From positions 21,576,001-21,640,000 of the forward strand of contig NC_045138.2 of assembly GCF_008831285.2 (NCBI RefSeq): a DNA stretch of 64,000 nt. Reading direction: 5' to 3'. Below are positions 18,901 through 33,421 of the stretch, piece by piece. Position 1 is the stretch's first letter. Each line of letters opens with the position of its first letter. The DNA is from Nymphaea colorata. Lineage: Eukaryota. Below the pieces are notes generated by a model. The model saw only the letters and a program-made list of their open reading frames with translations, was not told the origin of the DNA and ran no database searches. The position numbers and the translations under genes are program-made.

Positions 18901-21900
18901 CTTTCTCAGACTACGCATGACATACCAGTCTCTGCACTTGTGATATCAGGAGGACGGGGCCCCAGTTCTTTTGGAGGCACTAGGGGGCGTGGTACAGGCC
19001 GTGGTGCTGGACGTGGCAGATTTCAGTGCTCTTATTGTGGCAAAATTGGTCATCTAGAGGACCGTTGTTGGGACAAACATCCTCACCTCAGGTCTAATGT
19101 TTCCTCTGGACGTGGTGGAGGTAGAATCACCACAAGCAGAGGTCCTTCTTCATCCCAGGCAACTCATTCAAAGACAACAATATCTATGGTTGAGTCTTCT
19201 ACTGATCCTTCTATATCTATGTCATATTCTCTTAACCTAAGTAAGGATGAATATGATCGTGTTCTTGCTCAGAGGTCTGGCTCTACATCTGCCTCTACAT
19301 CTACCAATGCTGCTGTTGTAGATTCAGCATTCTCTGTTGGTGCTCCTACTGCTGATCCAGGTATGACATGGATGATAGACTCGGGCGCTTCTAGACATTG
19401 TTGTAATCAACCACAAAATTTTTCATCATTTGTCAGATTTTCTACACCACAGTATGTTAAGCTGGCTGATGGCAAGTTGTCCCCTGTTTTGGGTAGCAGT
19501 GATATTTATCTTCCACATTTAGGCACTATTACACATGTGCTATATGCACCTCAATTTCCTGTTAATTTGATATCTGTGAAGCAGCTAGCTATCGACTTAC
19601 AATGTAAAGTCATTTTTGAATCTGACTCTTGTTCTTTTCAGGACTTACCAACTGGGAAGATGATTGGTGGCGGCCATGAGCGTGAGGGCCTTTATTTTTT
19701 GTCAATCCCAGTTGATGTTGCTGCATCTTCAGTCCCTTCCAAGCCTTCTCCCTTCCAATGGCATCTCAGATTGGGTCATCCGTCCGTACCAAAACTTCGT
19801 CGCATGTTTCCAGACATTCCTGCATCAGAGTCCTTCTTATGTGATGCCTGCCAGTTGGGCAAGCATACACGGAGCAGCTTTCCTTCGAGTCAGAGTCCAT
19901 CGAGTCAGAGTCCTTTTGATCTCATTCATGTGGATGTATGGGGTCCTAGTCGGGTTCCTTTTCGATCATGTTTTCGATATTATCTTGTTCTAGTTGATGA
20001 TTTTACTAGAGTCAGTTGGGTTTTCTTGTTAAGGGAAAGATCTGAAGTCATATGTATTCTTCAAAAATTTATCAAGGAAATAAAAACTCAGTTTGGATTC
20101 ATTGTCAAAAATATTCGCACTGATAATGCTCTTGAATTCAAGTCTTCCATTCTACTTCAGTTTTATGCCGACCATGGAATTCGACCTCAATATACTTGTC
20201 CACATACGTCCCAACAGAATGGTGTAGCCGAACGCAAACATCGGCAACTCCTAAACGTAGCTCGTACCCTCATGTTACATTCTCACATGCCTGCCTATTT
20301 TTGGGGTGATGCTATCCTTACTGCGTGTTACCTCATTAATAGATTACCCTCTTCCTCCATTCAAGACCGTATTCCAATTCAAATTCTATATCCAGGGCGT
20401 TCATTATTTCATTTACCTCCCAAAGTTTTTGGATGCACTTGCTTCGCACATATCCTAGGCCCGAACAAAAGCAAACTGGCTGCCCAAGCTATCAAATGTA
20501 TCTTTATTGGCTATTCAGCTAATCAAAAGGGATACAAATGCTTTGATCCCGTGACCAAGAAAGACATTATCAGTGCGGATGTTACCTTCTTTGAGTCTCG
20601 TCCTTATTTCCCTCCGTCAAGTCCCTCTTCATCTGAGATGCATGCACCTATACCTCTTCCTATTCCACCAGTGTCACTTGAGTCATTTCCATCATCTCAA
20701 CCTAGGTCACATGAACATTTTCTTGAGCCTCCGTTGGTTTACACTCGTCGTCTAGGTCCCTCTCTCAACCGTCCACCAGCATCGTCTCAAGAGGTAAGCT
20801 CTACTGATAAGACTGACTCAGGTTTAAGTGATGACTATTCTGCAGCAGATCTCCCTATTGCTATTCGCAAGGGCAAGCGACAGTGTACCTTACATCCTAT
20901 ATCTAATTCTGTCTCTACTGCTCATCTGAGTACACACTTAGTACAGTTTGATCAAGCTTTATCTAGTCATGTTATCCCGTCCTCGCACCATCACGCCCTG
21001 TTAGATCCACGTTGGCGACAAGCTATGCAGGAGGAAATGGATGCTCTTCTTTCTCGGGAGACTTGGGATTTGGTAGACCCCCCAACACGCTGTGATGTGG
21101 TTGGCTCACGATGGGTATTCACCATCAAGTATCATTCTGATGGGTCAGTTGAAAGGTTCAAGGCCCGTCTTGTCGCAAAAGGTTATACTCAGACTTATGG
21201 TGTTGACTTCTTTGAGACCTTTTCGCCTGTGGCCCGGTTGGGCACTATTCGCTTGATTATCTCTCTTGCTGTCCAACGAGAGTGGCCTCTTTTTCAATTG
21301 GATGTCAAAAATGCCTTTCTGTATGGAGACCTTTCTGAAATTGTTTATATGCAGCAACCACCTGGTTTTGAGCGACAAGGGGAGTGTTCCAAGGTATGCA
21401 AGTTAAAGAAGGCTATTTATGGACTCAAACAGAGTCCCCGTGCATGGTTCCAAAAGCTTACTGAAGTGTTATCTAAGTGTGGATTTAGCCGATCCCAACT
21501 TGATCACTCATTGTTTATCAAGCGAGGCTCAGCAGGACTTGTGATATTGATTGTCTACGTGGATGATATTGTTCTTACAGGGGAAAATGATCAAGAGATA
21601 GCTCAAACAAAGGAGTTTTTACAGCAACACTTTGTTACGAAAGACCTTGGACAACTTCGTTATTTTCTTGGTATTGAGGTGGCTCGTAGTAATAAAGGAG
21701 TTGTAGTGTCTCAAAGGAAATATGCTCTTGATCTTCTACAGGAAACAGGACTATTGGGGGCTAAACCTGCCACACTTCCCATGAATCCTCGCATTCATAT
21801 ACATGATGATGACTCAGAGCCGTTTGACTCTAGATCTTACAGATCTCTGATAGGGAAACTGTTATATTTGACTGTCACTCGTCCCGACATTAGCTTTGCT

Positions 21901-24900
21901 GTGAATAAGTTGAGCCAATTCATGGAAAAACCCCGAAAAGTTCACTGGGATGCAGCTCTAATGATTGTAAGATACTTGAAATCAGCCCCGGGAAAGGGGC
22001 TATGGTTCAAGAAAGGAGAATGTGTTGACATCGAGGCGTATAGTGATGCTGATTATGCTGGATCTGTAGATGATAGGAAGTCTACTACCGGGTTTTGTGT
22101 CTTTGTGGGCGGTAATCTTATTTCCTGGAGGAGCAAGAAGCAGAATGTTGTGGCTCGTTCTAGTGCTGAGTCAAAATATAGAGCTATGGCTCAAACTATG
22201 GCTGAAATGTCGTGGGTTAGATCACTACTTGTAGAGTTGGATGTCTCAGTGAATCTCCCAATGAAGATGTATTGTGACAACAAGGCAGCTACATATATCG
22301 CTAACAATCCTGTCTTCCATGAGCGGACTAAACACATTGAAGTGGATTGCCACTATATTCGGGACTTAGTTCAAGGAGGAATTGTTAGCACTATTCATGT
22401 CTCCTCAGAAGATCAGGCAGCAGATATTCTCACTAAAGCTCTTCCCATAGGCGATTTCCTGAGATGTTGTAACAAGCTGAGCATGATTGACATATATGCT
22501 CCAGCTTGAGGGGGAGTGTTAAAGATACAAAAAAAGGGGTTTTCTGAAATATTAGGAAGTTAGGGAAGGTCTCTTTAAATGTTTTGTTACTTTTAGTGGA
22601 CTTCTCTTGTAATTTTCCCTAACCCTAATCTCTTAATAGAGATTAGGGTCACGTAATGCTAGACAACTTTTTGCTGCCTCTCTCTCTCTCTCGTAACAGG
22701 GACATTTGAGATTTTTTCCACCTTGATTTTGAGAAAACAGAATTATTTTTGACATTATAAATAATTTTTATCTTTTACTTAGCTGCACTCTGGTCAAAGA
22801 AGACCTTTGACAAAACTGGAGCCAGACGTTGGTTTAGCCCATTCTGCTTCTTCTGACTTCTATACATAGTTCATTTCTTCTCAATTTAAATATTCTTCCT
22901 TCAGCCATCTTTTCTTAATAAAATTGTTATTCTTTAGTTGTTATCTTTGTGGCTTCTTGCACAAGAGTAATCATGAGAAGTATTATGTGCTCTTTGTGAA
23001 CTACTTTTGAGTTAAGATACTCCTCAAGTCTTTTTGTGACTTGATCATATTATTTGGAGGCAATCTTCACAAAGGTTGCCTCACACTGATACCATGGAGC
23101 TTTTGTGGTGAACCAATACTACTTGAAGTTAGCACAGTTGACTTCCTTTTTTAATCTTAGAAAGTCCAAAGTCTCAATTAAAATAATATTTTACCACAAA
23201 TGCCATATCATATTCTAAGGAAATACTGTATTATCAACATGGATAAAAATGTGTAGAAGGTCTAGAAGGAACTTACTCGCAGAGATAGGTGTTTGAAGTT
23301 ATTGAGTCGATGTTATTTAACATCATACCCATGGGCTCTGCAAGGTTAGCAGGAAACACATAATCAACAATAAAATTTGATTGCATAACAAGATGCATAA
23401 TGAGATGCGATAGCAACATGAAGAAAAATCATCATGAGTTATTCAGCAATTTGACAATTAATATCGAGTTCACAAGATGGTTCAGTTCTAGCATGAAAGA
23501 GGCCACATTTTACAAACGATAATCCTACCAGGCTACCACAAAGTGAAGACCTTAGTTTCCGAGCTAGTTTGATAAACTTGGCGGTCAACCGACTAGACCA
23601 TGGGCACAAAATTGGAAGAATGCAATTTTATAGACTAGCCAATTGACTTGTGGACCAACTAGTCATTACACTAACTGTAATAATCTTCTCGCAGTTGATA
23701 ACTCCTGTAAGCTAGATTATGGGTATAAAAGGGTCCACTACCCTGGGCAAAGTGCACGGGTTGCCAATCACTTGGGAGCCCGGTGACTAAGGCCAAATGG
23801 GCATTCTTTGGAGATACAACAAAGGATGCAAGGCAAGTCTTAGGAGGCAGACATGACTTGGCTTCAGTGGGGTGAATGCAAGGTGCTTGTGGAGAAGACA
23901 GCTTGCTGGATGAGACCACGTGTTTGAATTTTAGCACACACAAGCCAACACTGGCCAAGCTGATGGGCAGCCAATAGAAGCTCTGGTTCATTGGCCTTGA
24001 AAAAATTCCCATCCTGCAAAAAGCATCTCGATATAAGAATCAGTGGGGTGCTAAGCCAATAAGAAAGTAGCTGAAAGCAAGTCCATGCATCGGCCTGTTC
24101 AACAGCACTTGCAGATTGGCTTGTAGAACATGCCAAGGAATTGCGATAAGAGATCAAGCATGACTCTGTGCTTGACATAAAAGCAGCTCATTAAGATTTA
24201 TGCATGCTGGCATTCTTGGCAAGGGAGATGGTAAAACCCTAGTCCTTTCAAAAGACACAGCCTTGGGGTGGGGCCACATGGTAGTGCAGTTGTTGCATGT
24301 GGTTTTTCACACTTGTAAATGGTTAAGAACAATGTAACTCTGAAAGCTTTATATAGCTACCCAGAAGGCCCTTGAGGGGGTATATGGGAAGGAGAATTGT
24401 ACAACACAAGGTTCAATAAGGAATAATGCCTCAGCCTTAAACCATTTGGTGTTGTGTTGGTTGTCTTTTGCCTTAATTTGTATTTTGGAGCAAGGACTTG
24501 CTTGTCTGACAGCTGCTTAGGTTAAAAGATGAACCTGAGTTCTCATAAATACATGCCAATGAGGTGGTACCTATCTCTCTGTTGTCAAACTTTAAACACC
24601 AGGCCATGATAACATCTTGTAATGTCTTCCCACTTTGAGCTATACATCTTTGAGTGACCTGCCGAAAGCATAATTGCAAAATGTGAAAGGAATACGACAA
24701 ATGAAAAATTTCATAAAACTGTACAAAGAGAAAAAGCTACATACGCCTTGCTCATATGTGTTTCCTTCATGTGTAGACTCAGGCATTCTGGTAAAAACAC
24801 GATCTGATATCTGTATAGTGTGCACAACATACATCACATGATTAGAAAAACAAAGGCGTACCATGAACATTGATTCAAGCATAGGAATCAAGTATAGCAA

Positions 24901-27900
24901 CAAACTGTAGCAAAATTCAGGACTGTTACTGTGTAGCAGGAAAAAAGAAATACATTTCAAAAAATCCTGCTAAACAAACAACCTTTGGAAAAGCAGAAGA
25001 GAATAAAAGAAGACAATTCATTACTTATTTTAACTAACAGAATTTAGGTGACCTCTTGCTTTGCCTTCTAGTTTTGTGTATATGGGAGGTCACAAGTTAT
25101 ACAATTTTCGAAAAAAAGGCCAACCAATCTGTTTCAAAGTAAATTGAAATTAGTCATTTTTAGATAAAAGGTTTTGCTAGGTGAGTTATTTGTGGATCTC
25201 ATAATCCACATCAAAAGCTAATGTCTACTTAATCCTAGTATTAACCAAGGATTTGCTAATTATCGACTTGACCAATTTAATTGTAAATCACTGGATTTAA
25301 TGAAGCGAGATTAACCAAAAAAAGAGACTTTCTTTCATATCCTTTTTCAGTTGGCATCCAATTAAGCACAGCGTCATGTATTAGATGGAAAAATTACAAA
25401 AATGTGGCCAGCACAAAGGTTGTTCAATTAAAAAAAAAAAAAAAAGATGAACTGAGCCCAAACTTATCCATCAGATACAAAAAGGGTACACAGTAGGCGC
25501 GAAGCATAGAAGCTGTTCTGCACCACAGCTCTAAATGCCCAACTGCTAAAAATTTTTTTAGGACTGCCAAATAGTGCACGCAACAAAAATCCCCCCTTGT
25601 TGCTAAAATGATTATCCAGATGCAAAAAATAGCCATTTGGGAAGGCCTAAAGTACATGAACCTGCAAAAAAGATACTCTCGAAGTCCATAACAAATTTGA
25701 AATCTCAGATATCAAAAATTTGAAATAAGCAATACTTAGTTCTGCACCAATGGCAGTACCATGAATTTGATTCACCGAACATTATTGGGGCTGGTTTAAC
25801 AAGCATTAGTAATGATAGGATAACCCATACATTTAATAGGCACAATTAGGATAAAAACATCTCCTAATACACATAAAATGCTCTGTACAACAAGAATACA
25901 TTCAGCATGAAGAGTAATAGAAAATAATGATGCCACCTTCTAGAATGAGTGATGCTCCAGCACAATTCTACTCACAATAATGTCTCCACGGTTCAAAAAT
26001 AATAGTGCCTCAACATGGATAACATGATACACATACATGGTCCTACATTCATAAAGGCTAGCCACATAATAAGTTCAATACATAGCAACATGTCAAACAC
26101 ACAAAATGCATGTGCCCATGAGTCCAATCAAAACAATTATCCAGCTCTTATTTCTTTGTAATAAAGATATTCCCAGGTTCCATTCTATTCACAACCGTCC
26201 TTTTTATGAACTTTGAAGATGGAATAGCAAAGGATACTAAAGGAATTTGCTTCACAACTGATATAGCATGAATTATGCATATTTTCATCTAAATAGTATA
26301 CATTATTTGTAGGGTGGAAATTATATTTAAGGACCTATGTTTATTTTTAATTTTTATCCAGGATCTCATGGTTCCAATCTCACTACAATTGAAGTTAAAA
26401 TGAAGACTACATGTAGTTTTAAGTTTTAAGTGTATTTGGATCCATAACATGTTTTAGATCCAAGTACCAGATAGTATAAACTAACAAAACCATTGCCACT
26501 CTATGTTAAACTCATTTCAGGGGAGAGAATTCAGTCCATGCCCCTACTGAGAAAACTGTGCTACCCCATCTTCCTCTCCACAACCTAGTCTTCTTATCTC
26601 CCTTTTGTTCTCTTTTTAGTCATTCTTTTCCTTCTTCTTCCTTACAATCTTCTGACCTATTTACAACTTAAAACTCAACTATTTGGACGGATCTCAGCCA
26701 GCCAATGAGGTCCATAGACTGGGCAGGTCCACATCTTGACAGACAAGTCCCGTCTTCTTTAACAAACCAGCCACTGTCCTAGAGGCAACTGGACTGGTGG
26801 CACTTTCTTCTCAACTCTTATTCATAGAATGTCCTCTTCCAGCATGGAAAGCAACTGAAAGCCATAATACAAACTAAAAAGGTGGCATCAATTTCTCCTC
26901 TGTCACCAATTCCAAGGCTTTTCAGGTGAAAGCCAACATTGGGCGTCCTCCTTCTGCCTCCTCTCCAACACAACCAGCAAGGTAAGTAGGACAAGTTTTT
27001 AGGTTAAGAGAATTGTTATTAGTTTAGAGGTTTTGTTTTAAATCAAGAAACTGATTTAACCAGCATCCAAGCTTTTCTGGCAGATTTTGATTGGTTAGAC
27101 TGCTTCATTTAGCACATATCTACACATTTTAAATTTGACTTCATCAATTTCATTTTTGATGTCTTGTAGGTTGATTAGGGTAATCTTGTATTAAAAGAAA
27201 GAAGACTTCCATCACAGTAAAACTAGGGCTTTTTACTGTTCTTATTTAATTGGTAGATCAGTGCTTTGTGTTGCTAAATCTAGCTCACTGGTAGACTATG
27301 TTTTCAATTTTGTGTATCTAGTTGATTTCTTATTAGGATCAAGGTTTAGCTTTCTGATCAGCAGAGGTTAGAATTAGGGTTTTGGTCATTCCTTTTTATT
27401 CAATCCAGTGCCAATTAGGGTTTTCTCATTAGAATCTTTTGATTAATTTAGTATAGTTTTGACATGGTTTTACCAATTTCTGTTGTTCTTTTAGTGTTTG
27501 AGGAGCTACTTAGAAGCTTTCACAAGAATTTGTATTTTATTCATCTAAACTGGGCCAATCCTCATCTTTAGGCTTGATTAGGTTCTATTGGCAAAATCAA
27601 GTCTAGTTTAGGATTATTTAGTGATTGTTCTTCAACATTCTACTAGATCGTTTCTTGATAGGGCAATACCTTGCCTTCTTGCTTATTTAAAGTTTATGGT
27701 AAGTTCTTTGTGTTTCTCGTATTATTTTAGGTTGGAATAGTTAGGTTAAATTCTGTTTTGTATTTACATTAGTTAGATCAATTTATTCTTTGTTCATTCA
27801 ATTAGGGTTAAATTCTTTTCAGGCTCTATGGTTTATGTACTGTTTTTTAACCGCTATAATTTGTTCTTGATTATGTTTAGTTGATTTTGTTTTACCCAGG

Positions 27901-30900
27901 TCTAGGGTTATTTAGTTTAGTGCTGTCCAGGTCTGCTCAGTTGGTTTTATTCCAGCCAGAAGTCTATTTCTAGGTTAATTCCGGCCAGCAGGTTTGATTT
28001 CATCATAGCCAGCCTTGTCTTGTTGAAATCAAGCCCAACTGCAGCCTCTTAATGCTTAATTATGTTACTGTTAGTTGTAGAAAGTTCATATTTATTGCCT
28101 TCTAGATTTCATTACTTGTCAGATTCAAATCGACATGTTAGCTGATTGCTTGAAGTTTGCATTCTGTTTTACTTCTTGAATATTGTTTTGTTTACGTAGT
28201 TAGGACAATTACTCTATCATGTACTTCTCGTTTATATTTAGATTAGATCTGGGATAGGTGTATGGGAGACTTATGAGTAGTTAATTAATTAGGTTGCCTC
28301 TAAGTCACAGCGGTACATGGTACGGTGGTACACTTTGGTACGTTTGGTTCGGTTCCAGGTCAAAACCGACCCAAACCATTTAAATCACACATGTTTGCCA
28401 AAGCCTCTGCCCAACACTTCTTCCTCCGTTTTACGTACCTTCAGCCATCAATCTCCTCCAATGGATGGCAGTGGAGAGCTTCACCGGCCAGTGGCGACCG
28501 CCGATGGACACCAACTGGTGAGGTAAGTTTTTTTTCCTTACGTTTTCATCAGTTTCCCTTTTTTCTTGTGTTTCTATGTTAGACAGTTGGACGCTTGTTT
28601 GATGTTTCTCTGTCGTTCTTACTTAATTTTAATTTGGTAACTGCATTGAAAACGTGATGAACTCCATTTTGCCGTGTTTTTCTTTTATATTTGTATTACT
28701 TTTTTTGCTGGTTCCTTTTATATTTGAACTGCCGAATTAGTTATTCACCTCTTTTGCTAGCTTCATTTATATTTGCCGTGTTTTTTTATGCTGAGTGATT
28801 TTTTTTTTAATTTTCTGCTTTCGTGGAATTTTGCATATATACTTTTTTTTTGCATACCCTTACCTATATCAATGATTTCTTGATAATTTTATTGATCTTA
28901 AAGTAGCCGTTGTCTTCTAGATTTTAGGTTAGTTTAAACCTGCAGGCTGCAGCTTTTCATAAGTTTGTAACTTTATATCAAATTTCATTTAGTCAACATT
29001 CCATTGGTCAAAGGATTTAGCAGTCTTCTAAGGTCAGGTTAGATAAACCAATATATTTTTTTATTAGCCGATTAGAATGTTCCAGTAAAGAATATAATAG
29101 ATATATATAGTTTAACCTAGTATTACTTCTTTTCTTGCGATTTCTTTTCCTTTAATATCAAATTTTTTGTTGGCTTTGCAGAACAGGGAATATATATATC
29201 CGGAGGAGGGTAGGCTGAGGTGGAGAATCGGAAGTTAGTTCGGTCTGAACCCTGGACCTTAGAAGCGGCTGACAACACTAGAGATTTAGGTGCTTAGATT
29301 CCTGTTTTTATTCAATTTAAGCAGTTGAGTAGTAATTATTTTATTCCAAGTCACAGGTAGTTTAGGCCTTATTTTCGCTCTTGCAAAAGTAAAACTGAGT
29401 TATTAGTTTAAGTTTAATAATGTGGCATTTAGTATCATCGACACAAATTTCAGATCAATTTTGGTATATCACATTCCCTGTGGATTTGAACCACCTTGCC
29501 ACTCTACATGAGTGTATCTGTATGAGCTGGTTAATGTATTGACATGTGGTTCTAAGCTGGTTTTCATAAAAAAAGCATTTCCAAAGTTTTTTTTCTTATC
29601 AATCTTTCATACTAATTGAATCATATGGACACAATCCTGAAAATGATATCATATTTTGCAAAAAAGTGGCTCCAAGTAGCATTCAGGTTCAAACATTGAT
29701 TAACAAAATATGCAAAGACATACATAAAGAAGAATTCGTTCTATATTACACAATAATTATTTAAAGAGAAACATGGGAAGGTAAAATTACTTTTGAAGAC
29801 TATAATTATCCTACATGTTTAGAAAAATGACAGTTAGTGCCTACAGAATAGATTTGCTTTATAAGTAACATATGGCCACACAGTCATGTATGTATGAGTG
29901 AAAGGTAATAGCACTTACTGGCCTAAAAGTTCCTGGGCTACAAAGCCCACTGGCATTGTCATCACTTACACCTTGAGCCTGCCAATAAGCTGCACAAAAT
30001 GATCTATCACATCCTACACCTGCAAATGTTAGTTAGCTTAGAAGCACGTTGTGACAAAAAATAAACTGGAAAGGCAAATTGCAGATTAGAAAATCTTCCT
30101 GCTTTTGCTTCCCTTGCAGGAACCAGAAAAGGAATGACTACTTTTTATTTTGATATCATCCTGATATAAACTAATGTCAAGTACTGGTTTAGAAAATTTA
30201 GAGGCTCATTCTAAGACTTCAAAGATTCAGATAAAATTCAGTAAATCAGGTTCCTAATAGGAAAGGACTAAATTGTGAACCAATGATTACAGAATGTAAT
30301 TAATTCTTGTCCTCGGAATACCTTTCAGAAATTCTAATTAAATATTTGCAATGATTGGTTCTTCAATAGAATTGAACAGCAATAATAATTTTTAATAGAT
30401 CTCAAATAAATACTTTTGTGAATATAAGAAAGTTAAAGTCTCCAAAATGACTGAAATATTTGACTTCGGACAAGCTTATCTAACAGGACAGACTAAGTCA
30501 TAAATTAAGAAAACAACAGGTCCCTTCACTTATGAGATCAAAATTAAACTATACATACTAAAATGCTCATGTTTTTGAATTTTTTGTCAAGATAGATTAT
30601 ACAATTAAGCAGATCAAAATAACAAGTGAAGGACTAGTTGCAACTTGCAACCAACAGTTTGGTGTCAATTAAAAAAAAAAAAGCTTCTGTGGAGTTAGAT
30701 GCCAAAATATTTCAGAAATGATACATAAGGCCAACCCAGTTCTAGTTTTCTGTATGAGATTCTAACATAAATGGCTTCACAAGGCTTTATACAACCTCAA
30801 AATCAACTAGACCATTGCTGTTGAAAGCAGCAATCAGATAAAAGGGATGAGTTTTGTTGTAAGGAAAGACTCTACATGATGTCTTTTGCTTGCACATAAT

Positions 30901-33349
30901 AAAAGATTGTTTTAAAGTAAACTATCGCAACACATGCTTGGCTCATTCAAGGTGACCTCAATTTATATATGTCATGACAAGCTCTAACAAACAGGTTGAT
31001 TATGCAGTGAAAAGTTCACTTGGAAGTTCCAGGCTTCCTAGTCACAGGCTTTGCACATACAACCACCTAGGTGCCTAGGCAACATGTTAGGGAGTGAAAC
31101 CAAAGGTATTGTTTTCTTGTTTGGGTTTGTAATGCTTTAAAAAATCACAATACACATGGCTCATCCAATTGTTTTTTTTTATGTGGTTTTCCAATTTAGT
31201 TTTTCTTTTTAGGCTAACCTCAGAATCTATGTCACATGGGTACTCCTCTTAAGGAGGAGTACCCGTATGGTACGGGTACGTCCCTGGTGCGGTCAACGCA
31301 GTACCAGGTACGGTCAACATACCCGAGACCATTTTTGTCCATTTTCGGACTCGGTCAACTTTGACCAAGTCTAAAGTTGTCCAGTTTTTTAGTTGAAAAC
31401 TAAAAATCCCCCTCTTTTCTTGTTTCCTTTTTCACTCTAAACCTTTCTTGTACATAGTTCCTGACAACTTTTCATTTAAAATCTTCCATACAAAAATTCA
31501 TTCCTTCTCTATAACTTGACTCTTCGATAATAGTGTGAGACATAACCATAGCGATGTCAATATATCTTAAAAGCGTGACCTGTTGCTCCTTCTAATCTTG
31601 ATGATGCGACGGAGAATCAAGAAAGCTGATATATTTGTATGTTAATCACTTTCATACTGTGTTTTGTGAATATGTTATTCATTTTGAAATTTTTTGACAT
31701 ATATATGTCTGCGTGTGTGTATGGCCGTACCCCTGCACCCAAATTTTTTGAAAATGGTCCGTACCCGTACCCCCACCGGTACCCGTACCTGCACCTGTAC
31801 CCGTACCTATGTGACATAGCTCATAATAGAGAGTTTGTTTTAACAGCTTTTCTTTTCGTCACAACTTAAATACTAATTATGGTTGTTGTTTCAACTTTCA
31901 AGGGTCAATCTATTCACTCTCCTAGGCAATATTTTTGCCTTGTCACTAATAAATTGACTACTTAAACTCATGTTTAATCAATTTGATCTCCCAACCCAAT
32001 TGGGGGCAAAAGCCTATGAAAAGATCGTTTGGATTTATGAAAGGGTTGCTTGAAAGACATGCCACTTAGATTGTGGCACTTCAACCAACTCAGGCATGGC
32101 CACGTGGGTTTTGGGTGTGCTAGAAAAAATCAACCAGGTATGATATTTTTTGTTTCATGCAAACAATCAAGTGTTAAATTTATATAATCACAACTATTAC
32201 CTGTGACTGTATACACACGGTAGGCTAGCCCAATTAATCCGGCCCAGGCTTCTTCAAAGGCTTGGAGCATTGACTACCATTTTTTGCTACTTAGGTATAG
32301 CACAAAGTAGACTCAAGGTGTGGCCCTCAATAAACAATTCAGACAGAAGGCTTGCACAGGGCAAGCATCATTCAAAAGTCAAACAATTACTTTTCTCTAG
32401 GTTAACATTGTAATAAATGACAACAGGCTTCAACAACTCTTTGAAAATGGAAATTAACACTGTGTACTTTTCTCTAGGTTAACATTGTAATAAATGATGA
32501 CAGGCTTCAACAACTCTTTGAAAATGGAAATTAACCCTAACTGTAGCATACCAATGTAAGTATTCAAGATGCAATTCCAAACATCTATACAGAATTAACA
32601 AGAAATATGCTTAGAGCACCAGAATGATCCAACTTTTATAGGAAAATTTTACATGCCAACATACATATCAGAACCATTAACTGCAAACTGGGAGATTGCT
32701 TAAGCAGAAATTAGGAAAATAAGAAACATTCAAATAATGAAATTATTTAAACAATTTGGGGTTCTCTACATACATTTTGTGTGATATAAAGCTATGGACA
32801 CAGGTCCATCATGACTCTGTTTTCAAACGGAAAAAAAGAAAAGAAAAGAAAAGAGTCAAAGGTAGGAAACTAAGATGCAAATCACAGAAAAAAACTTGAG
32901 TTGGTAAATCTACAACTTACAATGTTGTGGAACACCAATCTCAGGTCTCAAGGGCATCATGTGCCCACATCCATGGCATTGTCTATGGCCAGTATTCGGG
33001 CTGCATCTAAATCCACCAAAACCAGTGCCAACTGCATAAAATAGCCTTAGTACATATAACATAAAATACATGCATTGGATTACCTAGATAAAATCACTTA
33101 TTGAGTACAGCATCAACTTCAAAAGATCTCCATAAATGAAAGTTATACATAGAACAGAAACACATGCGCACAACCACAAGAACATGTGCCCAATTCGTGG
33201 ACACACAAGCTGTTAGGCGCAGGCCTAACACTGTCTTGCTCATGTCTTTACGTTTTTACTTCTGTTTCTGTTTCAGCACTCACAGGTAGTTCACGGGTCG
33301 GGTCACTAGTTAGGTCATGTAATAAACCCACCCACTCAGCACAAGATAC

Positions 33350-33421
<72 letters not shown>

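Noticed and set aside
23670..24470. Possible solo LTR or TRIM relic in CHFR intron 12
   Set aside because: LTR-like composition and TATA-like motifs, but I could not find paired termini, TSD, PBS or PPT.
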